From Candidatus Nanosynbacter lyticus (GTDB lineage: Bacteria; Patescibacteriota; Saccharimonadia; Saccharimonadales; Saccharimonadaceae): a stretch of 32,000 nt of DNA. Position numbers and translations under genes: made by a program. The notes beneath the pieces are model-generated. The model had not been told where the DNA came from, searched no databases, and saw nothing but the letters and a program-made list of their open reading frames with translations. The stretch lies in NCBI RefSeq assembly GCF_030253515.1, contig NZ_CP124549.1, forward strand, positions 791,930 through 823,929, given 5' to 3'. Shown in pieces: positions 25,003 through 32,000 of this stretch (positions are counted from its first letter, which is position 1; the number at the start of each line of letters is the position of its first letter).

Positions 25003-26184
25003 CTATTTGTGATCGTGGTGCCACTGCCGCGGAATCAATGTCAATCCTCCAAACGACTGCCCGACCACCGAAAAGTCTTTCGTGATAGTAAATTCCTCGG
25101 CACGATAGGCAACGTCATATTTTACCGACCCATCATGATTGAGGAGATTAACATCAACATAGTACGACCCCGGACCCAAGTTTGCTTCGATATCGAGTGT
25201 CAGTTTTTTGTCTTTCGGTAGCTCAGCGAATCCCTCACGATTAGTAATAAAATTCGATATTAAATCACTGTCCTTGCGATACAAATCAACCATGATTGCT
25301 CGCGTCTTATCATGATGCCAAGCGATATCAAACGAGATGGTTTCGCCAACCTTAAAGCTACGCTGCTTTTTACCTGTCGTGCCGCGGATCGTAATATCAA
25401 CATTTTCACCAGTATATTGCCGATTTCTATCAATACTTGCGTCAATCACTGCTTGGTTAAGCCGACTATACTCATCAGCCACCTGTACTGGGTTTCCCTC
25501 TTTAATGATCTTGCCATCCTGAATTAGCACAGCACGATTACAAAACTTCTTGACTGTTTCCATATCATGTGTCACCAGGACAACTGTTTGTCCACTGGCC
25601 TTATACTGCTCAAATATGTCGATACACTTGCGCTGAAATGCCTCATCACCGACAGCCAACACTTCATCGAAAATCATAATATCATTACGCGCCTTAATTG
25701 CTACCGAAAACGCCAACCGCACCTGCATACCCGACGAATAATTTTTCAGCTTCTGATCCATGAACGGTTCAAGTTCAGCAAAGGCAACAATCTCATCATA
25801 CATTGCCTCCATCTCTTTACGGGTAAACCCGAGTAGCGCTCCGTTCAAAAAAACATTATCTCGACCAGACAGCTCTGGGTTGAAGCCGACACCCAGTTCA
25901 ATAAATGGTGTCAGCTTACCATGTAGCTGAATACTGCCGCTCGTCGGTTGATACACACCAGCGAGAATTTTAAGCATGGTACTTTTTCCTGAGCCGTTCC
26001 GACCAACAACCCCGAAAAAGTCACCCTGATCAATAGTAAAACTAACCCCGTCTAGCACTTTTTGGACGGTCTTTTTATTTCGTTTAATAATGTTAACAAA
26101 AGCATGCTTAATGCTTGAGTTCTTGGTCTGCGGCAGCACAAATTCTTTATGTATATCCTTGATTATAATCGCCGGCTTTGCCAT
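25003..26184 (-). CDS. Polysaccharide/teichoic-acid ABC exporter ATP-binding protein (Wzt/TagH-type) with a C-terminal beta-sandwich extension
   Basis: Walker A is GRNGSGKST, the ABC signature is YSSGMQVRLAF and Walker B is IMIFDEVLAVGD. An extra ~150-aa C-terminal domain follows (…ITIRGTTGKKQRSFKVGETISFDIAWHH…GSYYVDVNLLNHDG…). GGAGGA SD is upstream. Confidence 0.85.
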   Translation of the reverse strand: MAKPAIIIKDIHKEFVLPQTKNSSIKHAFVNIIKRNKKTVQKVLDGVSFTIDQGDFFGVVGRNGSGKSTMLKILAGVYQPTSGSIQLHGKLTPFIELGVGFNPELSGRDNVFLNGALLGFTRKEMEAMYDEIVAFAELEPFMDQKLKNYSSGMQVRLAFSVAIKARNDIMIFDEVLAVGDEAFQRKCIDIFEQYKASGQTVVLVTHDMETVKKFCNRAVLIQDGKIIKEGNPVQVADEYSRLNQAVIDASIDRNRQYTGENVDITIRGTTGKKQRSFKVGETISFDIAWHHDKTRAIMVDLYRKDSDLISNFITNREGFAELPKDKKLTLDIEANLGPGSYYVDVNLLNHDGSVKYDVAYRAEEFTITKDFSVVGQSFGGLTLIPRQWHHDHK

Positions 26185-26994
26185 CTAAATATCCTCCGCA
26201 AATGAACGTTGCTTACGCTGGAAATGCCACCACCCTAGCCCAAACAGCCCAAGGGTTATCGCGATCGGGATGAACCATAGTAACGGGTTGTGAAACGTCT
26301 GCCAAATCGTTTGAGAGGCTGAATTATTGGGCATGAGTACATGCCGAGCATCCTGAATAATTTGTGTGACTGGGTTTAAAAACGCCACCTTCTGGATAAC
26401 TGCAGGCATATAGATGATGGCAAAGATGATACCACTGGCATAGAACCCAGCCTGCAACAAAATCTCCCAGATATACGCGATATCACGAAACGTTACGTAG
26501 AGTGCCGAGAGTAGCAGAGATAGGCCAATTGATAGCAAAAATAACTGGGCAACTATTGGGATTAACAACAACCATAACAAGGTTGGCATCAAACCACTCA
26601 GTAGCGCAAAAATTATCACCACAACCATCCCGAGACCAAGGTTGATCAGCGCCGAGACAGAACTAGCAACCACCAGGAGGTGTCTCGGGATTGCTACTTT
26701 ACGAATTAGTTGCCCATTTTCCACTACCGAACGAGTACCTACCATCGTTGCCTCAGAGAAAAAATTCCATAGCACGACGCCAACTAATAACCAGACGCCA
26801 AAATATTCAATCCCTTTACTGCCCTGTGGGAACGCATAGGTAAACAATACATATAAAATGCCGAATATGAACAGCGGCTTCAGAAGCGACCACACATACC
26901 CGAGGGCAGAGTTTTGATAACGAACCTTAAAGTCCGTGCTAACCATTGCGCGCAAAATTGCCCGATTTTTTTCATTACCAAAGAGATGTTTCAC
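26185..26994 (-). CDS. ABC-2 type polysaccharide exporter permease (Wzm/TagG-type)
   Basis: 269 aa with 6 predicted TMs. The N-terminus is ...RAMVSTDFKVRYQNSALGYVWSLLKPL, the conserved ABC-2 permease motif. GTG start. The stop abuts the ATG of the ATPase gene. Confidence 0.85.
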   Translation of the reverse strand: MKHLFGNEKNRAILRAMVSTDFKVRYQNSALGYVWSLLKPLFIFGILYVLFTYAFPQGSKGIEYFGVWLLVGVVLWNFFSEATMVGTRSVVENGQLIRKVAIPRHLLVVASSVSALINLGLGMVVVIIFALLSGLMPTLLWLLLIPIVAQLFLLSIGLSLLLSALYVTFRDIAYIWEILLQAGFYASGIIFAIIYMPAVIQKVAFLNPVTQIIQDARHVLMPNNSASQTIWQTFHNPLLWFIPIAITLGLFGLGWWHFQRKQRSFAEDI

Positions 26995-27039
26995 CCCCCG
27001 ATTATACCAAATTACACCAAAAAGATATATACTTGTAAA
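26995..27039. promoter_or_regulatory. Second 45-bp divergent promoter region with two -10 boxes, each 6 nt from its start codon
   Basis: Minus strand: TGGTATAAT (TATAAT at 27001-27006), then cggggg, then GTG at 26994. Plus strand: TATACT (27028-27033), then tgtaaa, then ATG at 27040. There are 21 bp between the boxes, the same geometry as 656-700. Confidence 0.55.
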
Positions 27040-28185
27040 ATGAATCCGTTGCGAGTTGTTATCGTACGAAATGCCGCACCCTATGATTTTGGCGGCGGTG
27101 AGCGATTTCCGGTGTTCTTAGCCCGAGAACTACGAGAGCTGGGCCATTTGCCGCTTATTTTTAGTCACCACGCAACGCTCTGTGACTACGCTAAGCACGA
27201 ACGGTTGACTTACCACCACTCTTGGTGGTGGTCTCGACAAAACTGGAGCGGCTGGCGGGTTGTATTAATACCACTATATGTACTCTGGCAGCTACTACTC
27301 ACTTTGTATTATATTGTCCAATTTCATCGCCACAAAGCTGACGTTGTTCACCTGCAGAGTAAGGATGATTTTATTGCTGGGTCAATTGCCGGTAAGCTTA
27401 TCGGTGCTCGCGTTATCTGGACCGACCACGCTGACCTCAAGCATGTCTGGAAACAGCTCGGCGTATGGTATAAAAACCCGACTGGTAAGTTGGTTGCCTG
27501 GGCGGCACGCTTTGCCGACGCAATTACCCTCGTTAGCCAGAGTGAATGCCGTCTCGTTTCTGATAATCTGCCGTCAACCTCACCAATTCATCGTAAATTA
27601 ACCGTTATCTATAATGGTGTCAACGACCAGAAGCCACCACACGCACCCATCAAAAGCCGCCTGTTCACGTTCTGTATTGCCGGCCGTCTGGTTGTTGATA
27701 AGGGAATTAGTGAAGCAATCGCTGCATTCAAACGACTTCACGCTACACATCACAACACGCGCCTCATTCTGATCGGTGACGGACCAGATCGTTCACGGTT
27801 TGAGAAACAAGCCAAAGGGTTACCGGTCACTTTTCGCGGCCACCAAACAGACCCCCTCCCTGAAGTTGCCACCGCTGACGTATATCTTCATCCAACATAC
27901 CACGAGGGGTTTAGTGTTTCACTCGTTGAGGCCAGTATGCTCCAGCTACCAATTATCGCCACTGACGTTGGCGGCAATCCAGAGATTATTCATCATAACA
28001 AGACCGGCCTCCTCGTCCCTGCAAAAGATTCAACAGCACTGCATCGCGCCATGGAGCAGCTATATTCTAACCCCAAGCTTCGCGTACGTCTAGCCGCCGC
28101 TGCCCGCCGTCAATATCTCGCCTCGTTTGTTTTTCATACCATTGTCAAAACACAATTTATTCCTTTGTATGAAAACGGTTTATAA
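27040..28185 (+). CDS. Glycosyltransferase family 4
   Basis: MNPLRVVIVRNAAPYDFGGGERF... at the N-terminus and HPTYHEGFSVSLVEASMLQLPIIATDVGGNPEII at the C-terminus. The start is chosen at 27040, not the tracked 26914, which overlaps the divergent permease gene. Confidence 0.8.
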   Translation: MNPLRVVIVRNAAPYDFGGGERFPVFLARELRELGHLPLIFSHHATLCDYAKHERLTYHHSWWWSRQNWSGWRVVLIPLYVLWQLLLTLYYIVQFHRHKADVVHLQSKDDFIAGSIAGKLIGARVIWTDHADLKHVWKQLGVWYKNPTGKLVAWAARFADAITLVSQSECRLVSDNLPSTSPIHRKLTVIYNGVNDQKPPHAPIKSRLFTFCIAGRLVVDKGISEAIAAFKRLHATHHNTRLILIGDGPDRSRFEKQAKGLPVTFRGHQTDPLPEVATADVYLHPTYHEGFSVSLVEASMLQLPIIATDVGGNPEIIHHNKTGLLVPAKDSTALHRAMEQLYSNPKLRVRLAAAARRQYLASFVFHTIVKTQFIPLYENGL

Positions 28186-28192
28186 TATACCT
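28181..28192 (+). promoter_or_regulatory. -10 box TATAAT overlapping the upstream stop codon, 6 nt upstream of ATG 28193 (leaderless-type internal promoter)
   Basis: ggtt-TATAAT-atacct-ATG. The box is at 28181-28186. The upstream TAA is at 28183-28185. Confidence 0.45.
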
Positions 28193-29350
28193 ATGAAGAT
28201 TCGTATAGAAACCGCCGCCCTCACCGCTCCCAATATATCTGGCGTTGGTCATTACACCCGCATGTTGACTAATAGCCTGGCTCGTTATTCACCGCCGGGA
28301 ACTGAGGTTTCAGCGTTTTATTTCAATTTTCTGAGCAAACATCAAGATCCCATATTAGACGGCTCAGTTAAGCATGAAAAACACACGCTCATGCCGCAGC
28401 GGCTATTTGCCAAGCTCCAGAGTTACGGTCTACCGCTACCGTACGACCTGCTGTCTTCACCTGTCGACGTCGCTATTTTTCCAAATTTTGACCGCTGGAC
28501 AACCAGTAAAGCAACCATCACCGCCGTCGTCATTCATGACCTCGGCTATCTTTATTTTCCCGAAACGATCGAGCGGCGCAATTTGGCCCACTTACGCCGC
28601 CGAGTGGCTCATGCAGCCCGAACAGCGGATCTCATTATCACTGTCTCGGAGTCGGTCAAGTCAGAAATCATCGCCGAATACGGCGTGCCAGCTTCAAAAA
28701 TTATCGTCACACCAATACCAGCCGACTCAATTTATTCTCAGCCGGGCGTAATTGACGTCGCCACCAAGTATAACCTACCAACCAAGCGGTATATCTTTTC
28801 GATCGGTAACCTCGAGCCGCGCAAGGATTTACCGACAATGATTGCTGCTTTTCGGGCCCTGCCAGAAAAAGTCAGAAAGCAATATTCATTGGTACTGGCT
28901 GGCGGTAAGGGTTGGAAGACCGACGCGACTGAGCGTGCCATTGCTGAAGCTCAGGCTGCGGGTGAACACGTCATCCGTCCGGGTTATATCCCTCAAGAAG
29001 ATGTACCCTCATGTTATCAGCAAGCAGACCTTTTTTGCATGAGCTCCATTTACGAAGGATTCGGCATGCCGATTGTTGAGGCGCTGACTAGCGGTACGCC
29101 GGTTGTTGCCTCCGATATTCCTGTACTCCGCGAGGCTGGTGGAAATGCGGTTCTTTACGCTCAGCCTAAAAATCCCGACGACTTCATGAAAAAAATGCTC
29201 TCTATCATCGCTGACCCGCAAAAAGCACGCCTTGATATGAAAACTGCGGTTCAGGCTCATCTCAATACTATTTCCTGGCAGAATAATACCGATCGCCTCA
29301 TCGCTGCTTTCAAGGAGGCCATTGCCGCTAAAAAACATCGCACCAACTAG
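28193..29350 (+). CDS. Glycosyltransferase family 4
   Basis: MKIRIETAALTAPNISGVGHYT... at the N-terminus and SSIYEGFGMPIVEALTSGTPVVASDIPVLREAGG at the C-terminus. Confidence 0.8.
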   Translation: MKIRIETAALTAPNISGVGHYTRMLTNSLARYSPPGTEVSAFYFNFLSKHQDPILDGSVKHEKHTLMPQRLFAKLQSYGLPLPYDLLSSPVDVAIFPNFDRWTTSKATITAVVIHDLGYLYFPETIERRNLAHLRRRVAHAARTADLIITVSESVKSEIIAEYGVPASKIIVTPIPADSIYSQPGVIDVATKYNLPTKRYIFSIGNLEPRKDLPTMIAAFRALPEKVRKQYSLVLAGGKGWKTDATERAIAEAQAAGEHVIRPGYIPQEDVPSCYQQADLFCMSSIYEGFGMPIVEALTSGTPVVASDIPVLREAGGNAVLYAQPKNPDDFMKKMLSIIADPQKARLDMKTAVQAHLNTISWQNNTDRLIAAFKEAIAAKKHRTN

Positions 29351-29361
29351 GGTTTATGGGT

Positions 29362-29374
29362 TATACTTATCATT
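29362..29374 (+). promoter_or_regulatory. -10 box TATACT, 7 nt upstream of ATG 29375 (leaderless-type)
   Basis: ggtTATACT-tatcatt-ATG. The box is at 29362-29367. Confidence 0.45.
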
Positions 29375-29800
29375 ATGGCTCGTTTCAAACACTACATCAC
29401 CAACCACGCCACCAAACTTCGCTACCTCCTTATCGGTACCATTAATACCGCCATTGATTTTGGTATATTGTTTATGCTAACTTGGCTTATTAGCACACCA
29501 AAAGAATTAGCTAACATCATCTCAACCACCATCGCCTTTAGCTTTAGCTTTGTTGCTAATCGATCGTTCACCTTTCGCTCACGCACCGGTAATGTTCGTC
29601 GCCAGCTACTCCTCTTTACCCTCGTCACCCTGTTTGGTCTCTGGGTAATCCAGACTATCATTATTGCGCTACTCGCGCCAATTTTCATTAGCTTTAATTT
29701 CAGTCAGCCAGTAGCACTGTTTATTAGCAAGCTCATCGCCACCGTCGCCAGCCTCATCTGGAACTACCTGCTCTATACCAACGTTGTTTTCAAAGATTAA
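29375..29800 (+). CDS. GtrA-family membrane protein (putative polyprenyl-phosphate-sugar flippase component)
   Basis: 141 aa with 4 TMs. LRYLLIGTINTAIDFGILF...SFVANRSFTFRS...IWNYLLYTNVVF is the typical GtrA pattern. Confidence 0.8.
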   Translation: MARFKHYITNHATKLRYLLIGTINTAIDFGILFMLTWLISTPKELANIISTTIAFSFSFVANRSFTFRSRTGNVRRQLLLFTLVTLFGLWVIQTIIIALLAPIFISFNFSQPVALFISKLIATVASLIWNYLLYTNVVFKD

Positions 29801-30258
29801 GAGCTCTTCTGCGAGATTACTAAGTGCCGTGCACGGCCCTCGCCCTCAGAGTGGGTCTCAATATCGCTATAGTCGCTCGCCACGTGATGCACCACCCAGC
29901 GATCGGCCGAATTTAGTTCAATAATTTTCGTCTCGCCCGTCCGCCGCACTTCTTTGATCCAGCCGCGCGCCTTGTCAGCAATCTTTTCGGCATGCTGCTT
30001 CTTATAATCAGCGATATCAACATTCACTCGCACCAGCGCCGCCTGACGGTTACGCAAAATTGCTGACACCACCGCCTGTAAACTCCGCAGTGTCTCCGCA
30101 TTCCGCCCGATCAGCAAGCTATTGCGCTCACTCGACGGCACAACAGCCTTGATAACATCGTCTTCAACGCTAACATCGATATCCAGATTGAGATCAAAGA
30201 ACGCCAGAAAGTCCTCCAGATATTTCTTGACAAATTCAATGGTCGCGATTTGATCCAT
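29797..30258 (-). CDS. jag: Jag/KhpB-type RNA-binding protein (KH + R3H domains)
   Basis: ...LIGRNAETLRSLQAVVSAIL... (KH-like) and ...ELNSADRWVVHHVASDYSDIETHSEGEGRARHLVI (R3H). It sits immediately downstream of yidC. AAGGAGG SD is upstream. Confidence 0.8.
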   Translation of the reverse strand: MDQIATIEFVKKYLEDFLAFFDLNLDIDVSVEDDVIKAVVPSSERNSLLIGRNAETLRSLQAVVSAILRNRQAALVRVNVDIADYKKQHAEKIADKARGWIKEVRRTGETKIIELNSADRWVVHHVASDYSDIETHSEGEGRARHLVISQKSS

Positions 30259-30267
30259 ACATCCTCC

Positions 30268-31218
30268 TTAGTCTTTCGCTTTTATCCGCGTGATGTTCGC
30301 CTCAGTCGCTGTGGCCGCTCGTTGCGAAGCGGCTTTTGATTTTTTTGCTGATGCGGCAGACTTGCTCGTAGATTTTGGCGAACGCTTTTCGCCGGCAATT
30401 TGTTGCATTTCCGTGCCGTCTTGCTTGAGAATAATGGCGTTTTGGATATAAGCAGCGATGTTTGAGGTTGCCATGTAGAGCGCCAGTGCCCCTGGCAAAC
30501 TGATCATAATAAGGAACATAAACACCGGCATAACCTTCATCATTTTGCGCGTGACAATGGCGTTAACCTCAGTTTGGTCAGCGTTCTTACCCTCGCCCGC
30601 CTCCATCAGCACATCACGCAACCGCTTCTTGTTGTCCGAACTTGGCGACATCTGCTTTGATAATAAATATTGCAAAACAGCGGCTACCAAGGCAAGGATG
30701 AGCAACCCAATTGATACACCACTTGATGATAACGCCTGCTTCGTCAGGTCCATCAGCCCCAAGAAATTCTGGTTAAAGTGATCTGGATTGGCGATCAAGT
30801 GCTTGACCGGCCCCCACTGCTCCATTACGTCGTATGTGTACTTGGCGAGCTCTGAGCGCTGCAGTACGAATATCTGCACCACACGGTAAATCGCGATCAG
30901 TACTGGCAGCTGGATAAGGAGTACTAGGATAGAGCTCATCGGCTTGATGTTATGCTTTTTATACACATCCATCATCGCCATCGCCCGCATCTGTGGATTA
31001 TTCTTATATTTTTTGTTCAGCTTGGCAAGTTCGGGCTGTATCTTACGCATCGCTTTGGCTTGATGGAGCTGCTTCTTAACCAGCGGCCACAACAGAAAAC
31101 GCACAATTATTGTAAACAGTACAACGCTAACCCCAAAGTCACCGCCTGGAATTAGCGCATAAATTGCCATCAGCAAGTTAAAAATTGGTTGCACAATAAC
31201 CACATCAAACATGTTCAT
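30268..31218 (-). CDS. yidC: Membrane protein insertase YidC (short, monoderm type, with a basic C-terminal tail)
   Basis: ...FGVSVVLFTIIVRFLLWPLVKKQLHQAKAMRKIQPELAKLNKKYKNNPQ... is the 60-kDa inner-membrane-protein core motif. It has no large periplasmic P1 domain and a K/S/A-rich tail. Synteny is rnpA-yidC-jag. Confidence 0.9.
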   Translation of the reverse strand: MNMFDVVIVQPIFNLLMAIYALIPGGDFGVSVVLFTIIVRFLLWPLVKKQLHQAKAMRKIQPELAKLNKKYKNNPQMRAMAMMDVYKKHNIKPMSSILVLLIQLPVLIAIYRVVQIFVLQRSELAKYTYDVMEQWGPVKHLIANPDHFNQNFLGLMDLTKQALSSSGVSIGLLILALVAAVLQYLLSKQMSPSSDNKKRLRDVLMEAGEGKNADQTEVNAIVTRKMMKVMPVFMFLIMISLPGALALYMATSNIAAYIQNAIILKQDGTEMQQIAGEKRSPKSTSKSAASAKKSKAASQRAATATEANITRIKAKD

Positions 31219-31233
31219 GTCCTCATTATACCA
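31219..31233 (-). promoter_or_regulatory. Extended -10 TGGTATAAT, 6 nt upstream of the yidC ATG
   Basis: The minus strand reads cTGGTATAAT-gaggac-ATG. TATAAT is at 31225-31230. The spacer also resembles a short SD (GAGGA), so a read-through transcript could use it as well. Confidence 0.45.
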
Positions 31234-31242
31234 GAGGTGGCG

Positions 31243-31590
31243 CTATTTATACAGCCCCGCCTGTGAAAAGAGTTGTTTTACTGCCGTCCTTAGGTCGCTA
31301 TGTGGCATCACCAGCACCTCCGGCGAAAACACCATAATAACAACATCAAACCCGCCCCGAATATGTGGTAACTCGAGTCGGATAATTTCGTAAATTCGGC
31401 GACGTACGCGGTTGCGTTTGACGGCGGATTTAAGCACCTTTTTACTAATCACTACCGAAAACCGACCATGGCGACGGCGCGGATTGGCAATATATTTCAT
31501 GGTGAGCTGCGATGAGCGAATTGCCCGCCCGCGCGCATAGACGTAGCGCAGACTACCATGACCATGAAATCGGTTGACGTGACGTAACAT
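31243..31590 (-). CDS. rnpA: Ribonuclease P protein component
   Basis: 115 aa and basic. ...RFSVVISKKVLKSAVKRNRVRRRIYEIIR... is the RNR motif. It lies between rpmH and yidC. Confidence 0.9.
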   Translation of the reverse strand: MLRHVNRFHGHGSLRYVYARGRAIRSSQLTMKYIANPRRRHGRFSVVISKKVLKSAVKRNRVRRRIYEIIRLELPHIRGGFDVVIMVFSPEVLVMPHSDLRTAVKQLFSQAGLYK

Positions 31591-31602
31591 AAGTCCAGTA
31601 TA
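31591..31602 (-). promoter_or_regulatory. -10 box TATACT, 6 nt upstream of the rnpA ATG (leaderless-type)
   Basis: The minus strand reads gcTATACT-ggactt-ATG. The box is at 31597-31602. Confidence 0.45.
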
Positions 31603-31604
31603 GC

Positions 31605-31633
31605 AAAATCCCGCCCTGTTAGGCGAGGCGGGA
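31605..31633 (-). terminator. Putative intrinsic terminator downstream of rpmH
   Basis: The minus strand has TCCCGCC (rc of 31627-31633), an 11-nt loop, and GGCGGGA (rc of 31609-31615), followed by TTTT (31605-31608). The stem is 7 bp and GC-rich; the U-tract is short. Confidence 0.45.
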
Positions 31634-31642
31634 GTTTGCGTT

Positions 31643-31780
31643 CTAGATAGCGATTTTAGCGCGACCCTTGAGGCGACGACGCTTCAGAACAGCGCGGCCA
31701 GCCTTGGTCGAAACACGAGCTCGAAAACCGTGCGTCTTGGCGCGATGTCGCTTGTGTGGTTGAAATGTTCGCTTTGGCAT
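31643..31780 (-). CDS. rpmH: 50S ribosomal protein L34
   Basis: Not in the ORF track (45 aa). The reverse strand translates to [45 protein letters not shown], the canonical L34 sequence. Confidence 0.9.
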   Translation of the reverse strand: MPKRTFQPHKRHRAKTHGFRARVSTKAGRAVLKRRRLKGRAKIAI

Positions 31781-31790
31781 ATCGTCATTT

Positions 31791-31819
31791 AGTGTAGCCT
31801 TTTTTGACATTTTTTGCAA
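31791..31819 (-). promoter_or_regulatory. Putative rpmH promoter (TTGCAA, 17 nt, TACACT)
   Basis: Minus strand: TTGCAA (31814-31819), a 17-nt spacer, TACACT (31791-31796), then 10 nt to the ATG. Confidence 0.4.
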
Positions 31820-31852
31820 GCCATGGATAAACTTTCCACCGTTTCTGCTGTT

Positions 31853-31945
31853 TTTTCCACATATTTATCAGAGGTGGTTCATTGCTGTGGAAAAATCACC
31901 TCGAGAGTCCCTGAATTTTATGATGGCGCCTGTGCTTGTGGAAAA
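31853..31945. promoter_or_regulatory. DnaA-box cluster in the rpmH-dnaA intergenic region (oriC / dnaA control region)
   Basis: There are three exact copies of TTTTCCACA, one mismatch from the TTATCCACA consensus: 31853-31861 (+), 31886-31894 (-) and 31937-31945 (-). Weaker relatives are CTTTCCACC (31832-31840) and TTATCAACG (31970-31978). Confidence 0.6.
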
Positions 31946-31956
31946 GTCTGATTTTT

Positions 31957-31965
31957 TGCTATAGT
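31957..31965 (+). promoter_or_regulatory. Possible dnaA promoter (extended -10 TGcTATAGT) followed by a GAGGGGGAAGG SD at the window edge
   Basis: TGCTATAGT is at 31957-31965. A purine-rich SD-like run at 31986-31996 lies just before the window ends. The downstream ORF is not visible. Confidence 0.3.
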
Positions 31966-32000
31966 AGGGTTATCAACGTAGTTCCGAGGGGGAAGGTATT

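Noticed and set aside
1-32000. Scanned for CRISPR arrays, rRNA, IS elements/transposases, toxin-antitoxin pairs, restriction-modification systems and other defence systems.
   Set aside because: No short regularly spaced repeats, rRNA-like conserved stretches, or ORFs with DDE, integrase, nuclease or methyltransferase motifs were seen. All ORFs over 100 aa that I accept are envelope-glycan, housekeeping or surface-protein genes.

Overview
This is a densely packed 32-kb window; nearly all intergenic gaps are under 100 bp. It probably comes from a small-genome monoderm or CPR/Saccharibacteria-like bacterium, but that taxonomy is an inference from gene content and style only. The right end carries jag-yidC-rnpA-rpmH on the minus strand, followed by a cluster of TTTTCCACA DnaA boxes and an SD-containing leader pointing out of the window. 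The locus therefore abuts oriC/dnaA. Almost everything else is one large cell-envelope glycan locus. It contains a polyprenyl glycosylphosphotransferase, an O-antigen-ligase-like (Wzy_C-type) protein, nine glycosyltransferase genes (GT2, GT4 and one GT2+GT4 fusion), and two GtrA-family proteins. It also contains three large polytopic membrane proteins of GT-C-like appearance, a Wzm/Wzt-type ABC exporter, a GDP-mannose pyrophosphorylase-like gene, two paralogous xylose-isomerase-like TIM-barrel enzymes, an NAD-Rossmann epimerase-like protein and an FAD oxidoreductase. The remaining features are tRNA-Asn(GUU), a short LexA-DNA-binding-domain-only regulator, and a two-gene secreted module. I saw no rRNA, CRISPR array, transposase, integrase or phage genes. 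Four observations stand out. (1) Fourteen start codons sit exactly 6-7 nt downstream of a TATAAT/TATACT box, four times as TGGTATAAT, which implies leaderless transcription units; operon-internal genes instead use AGGAGG-type SD sites. (2) A perfect 362-bp direct repeat with a 705-bp in-frame period lies inside the 887-aa surface-protein gene. (3) A low-GC block at about 9.8-18.4 kb has a GtrB-like GT2 translationally coupled to an FAD oxidoreductase and polytopic membrane proteins. (4) Two 45-bp back-to-back divergent promoter regions share identical geometry, and one is a 10-bp perfect palindrome next to the LexA-like gene. All functional calls come from reading motifs by eye; no database search was run.
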